64,000 bases of DNA from Bacteroidales bacterium. Its GTDB lineage: Bacteria > Bacteroidota > Bacteroidia > Bacteroidales > P3. The notes below the pieces were generated by a model, which did no database searches, was not told the DNA's origin, and saw only the letters and a list, made by a program, of their open reading frames with translations. Location: positions 18,438-82,437 of the forward strand of contig JAFZXE010000027.1 of NCBI GenBank assembly GCA_017616895.1, written 5' to 3'. Of the stretch, positions 62,852 to 64,000 are shown in pieces. Each line of letters opens with the position of its first letter. Within the stretch, counting starts at the first letter, position 1. The position numbers were made by a program, and so were the translations under genes.

Positions 62852-64000
62852 CTGGCTATTGTTTTAGCCAAGAAACCGCCGCCGGGTGCTAGATGGATTT
62901 TAAGCATACCGCCTTCAGGAGTGATAACCAGGTGTTTGTAGTCGCTAGCCCTGCGGTGTGCGTTGGCACCGTCGGTATAAAGTTCGACGGCTACGTTTTG
63001 AAGTCCGAGAAGCGAGAGGTCTATATCAATATCCCTTGGGGTCCAATCAGTTATGCCGCCTATGTACCATGTGTTGCCTTTGCGTCGGGCGGTAACTATA
63101 TATTCGCCCACCTCGCCTTGCAGCACTCGAGTCTCGTCCCAAACGGTAGGAATGCCCGCCACAAAACGAGTGTATTCAGGTTCTTTTTCGTAATTGGTGG
63201 GAGAATCGCAGAGCATATTAAGCGGTGATTCAAGCACTACATAGAGAGCAAGTTGGTGACAACGTGTGCCTTGACTCATCGGTTCCATGGAACTGGGATG
63301 GAAAGTGGATTGCGTGCCGTTGAGCATGGCCCCCTGCGTATAGTCCATAGGACCAGCAGTTTGACGAATGAACGGAATCTCGGTGTCGTACTGCATCTGG
63401 TTCCATTCCAGTTTAGCCCACCGCATCTGCTCCAACCCGAAAACCCCTTCGAAATTCAGCACATTAGGATAGGTGCGGTTCAAGCCGGCAGGCTTGAAAG
63501 CCCCATGAAAATCGACAACAAGGTGATATTTTGCACACATGGCCGCAGTACGTCTGTAGAAGTCGGTGACAATCTGGTCGTCACGATCCATAAAGTCAAC
63601 CTTGAATCCTTTGATTCCCAACTCGCTATAGTGGCGACAGACATGCTCCATGTCACGGTCGAAGGCATAGTAGCCCGCCCAGAGGATGAGACCGACGTTG
63701 CGCTTGCGGGCATACTCAACCAGCATCGGCAAGTCGATTTCGGGCACGACCTTGAACAGGTCGGCTTCGCCATTCACCGCCCAGCCCTCGTCAAGTATCA
63801 CATATTCAATACCGTATTTCGATGCAAAGTCTATATAATATTTATATGTGTCGTTGTTTATTCCGGCCTCAAAATCGACGCCTCCAATATTCCAGCTGTT
63901 CCACCAATCCCATGCAACCTTGCCTGGTTTTATCCAACTGATGTCAGCGACCTTTGACGGTTCGCCTAACAGATAGCTCATATTGTTCATTGCCAGTTCG
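62848..64000 (-). CDS. GH97 glycoside hydrolase (alpha-glucosidase/alpha-galactosidase family), 5' end outside the window
   Basis: ISWIKPGKVAWDWWNSWN, YVILDEGW and the (beta/alpha)8 core are typical of the GH97 catalytic domain. The N-terminal domain must lie beyond 64000. The stop overlaps the next ATG (ATGA). Confidence 0.8.
   Translation of the reverse strand, partial: ELAMNNMSYLLGEPSKVADISWIKPGKVAWDWWNSWNIGGVDFEAGINNDTYKYYIDFASKYGIEYVILDEGWAVNGEADLFKVVPEIDLPMLVEYARKRNVGLILWAGYYAFDRDMEHVCRHYSELGIKGFKVDFMDRDDQIVTDFYRRTAAMCAKYHLVVDFHGAFKPAGLNRTYPNVLNFEGVFGLEQMRWAKLEWNQMQYDTEIPFIRQTAGPMDYTQGAMLNGTQSTFHPSSMEPMSQGTRCHQLALYVVLESPLNMLCDSPTNYEKEPEYTRFVAGIPTVWDETRVLQGEVGEYIVTARRKGNTWYIGGITDWTPRDIDIDLSLLGLQNVAVELYTDGANAHRRASDYKHLVITPEGGMLKIHLAPGGGFLAKTIAR

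Noticed and set aside
48633-64000. The glycosidase genes (GH78, GH78-like, GH97) and the FISUMP lipoprotein as a polysaccharide utilisation locus.
   Set aside because: No SusC/SusD pair or hybrid two-component or ECF regulator lies in the window. The glycosidases are interspersed with housekeeping genes (kdd, recF, ispH, lpdA). A PUL may continue beyond 64000, but this window cannot support that call.
1-64000. Mobile elements, prophage or integrative elements.
   Set aside because: No transposase, integrase, recombinase, phage structural or conjugation genes were seen. The only compositional anomaly is the 227-aa gene at 44084-44767, which is reported as a finding.

Overview
This 64-kb chromosomal segment looks like a Bacteroidota (probably Bacteroidales) genome. 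The evidence is TAnnTTTG -7 promoter boxes, no Shine-Dalgarno sequences, many lipoprotein signal peptides, and genes for SppA-67K, a PorW/SprE-like TPR lipoprotein, GH78/GH97 glycosidases and DUF4199/DUF3822/DUF721 proteins. I support 47 protein-coding genes. Most are housekeeping: ppdK, sdaA, pruA, glnS, pheT, rluB, aspS, ychF, rsmD, purC, gyrA, sppA, korAB, recF, ispH and lpdA. The rest are lipoproteins, peptidases (M28, M13, M23) and glycosidases. I found no rRNA, tRNA, CRISPR array, transposase or integrase.

The most unusual feature is non-coding. Almost every intergenic spacer is a mosaic of short tandem arrays of 7-12 nt words drawn from a shared vocabulary, for example CATATCAAC, AAGGTTTAA, GGTCACA, TTAACGCAAT, TAAGTCTAATGGG, GCTGTAAGTTTTAAG, CAGCGGTCAGC/CTAACCG, CCACTGAC, ATTCACAAT, GGGAGTT and ACTTCATACAG. 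Exact 15-30 nt matches link distant loci. A palindrome (GTGCGTGCCCGCAC) sits next to several stop codons. Copies of the same words also occur in frame inside several genes.

The best protein-level candidates for novelty are two. One is a low-GC, 4-nt-overlapping gene pair: an agmatine-deiminase/PAD-family enzyme plus an unknown 227-aa protein with possible AAG-type DNA-glycosylase motifs. The other is a sugar-kinase-like (APH-fold) domain fused to a RapZ C-terminal domain.

All calls come from reading the ORF translations and the DNA by eye. No database search was run.
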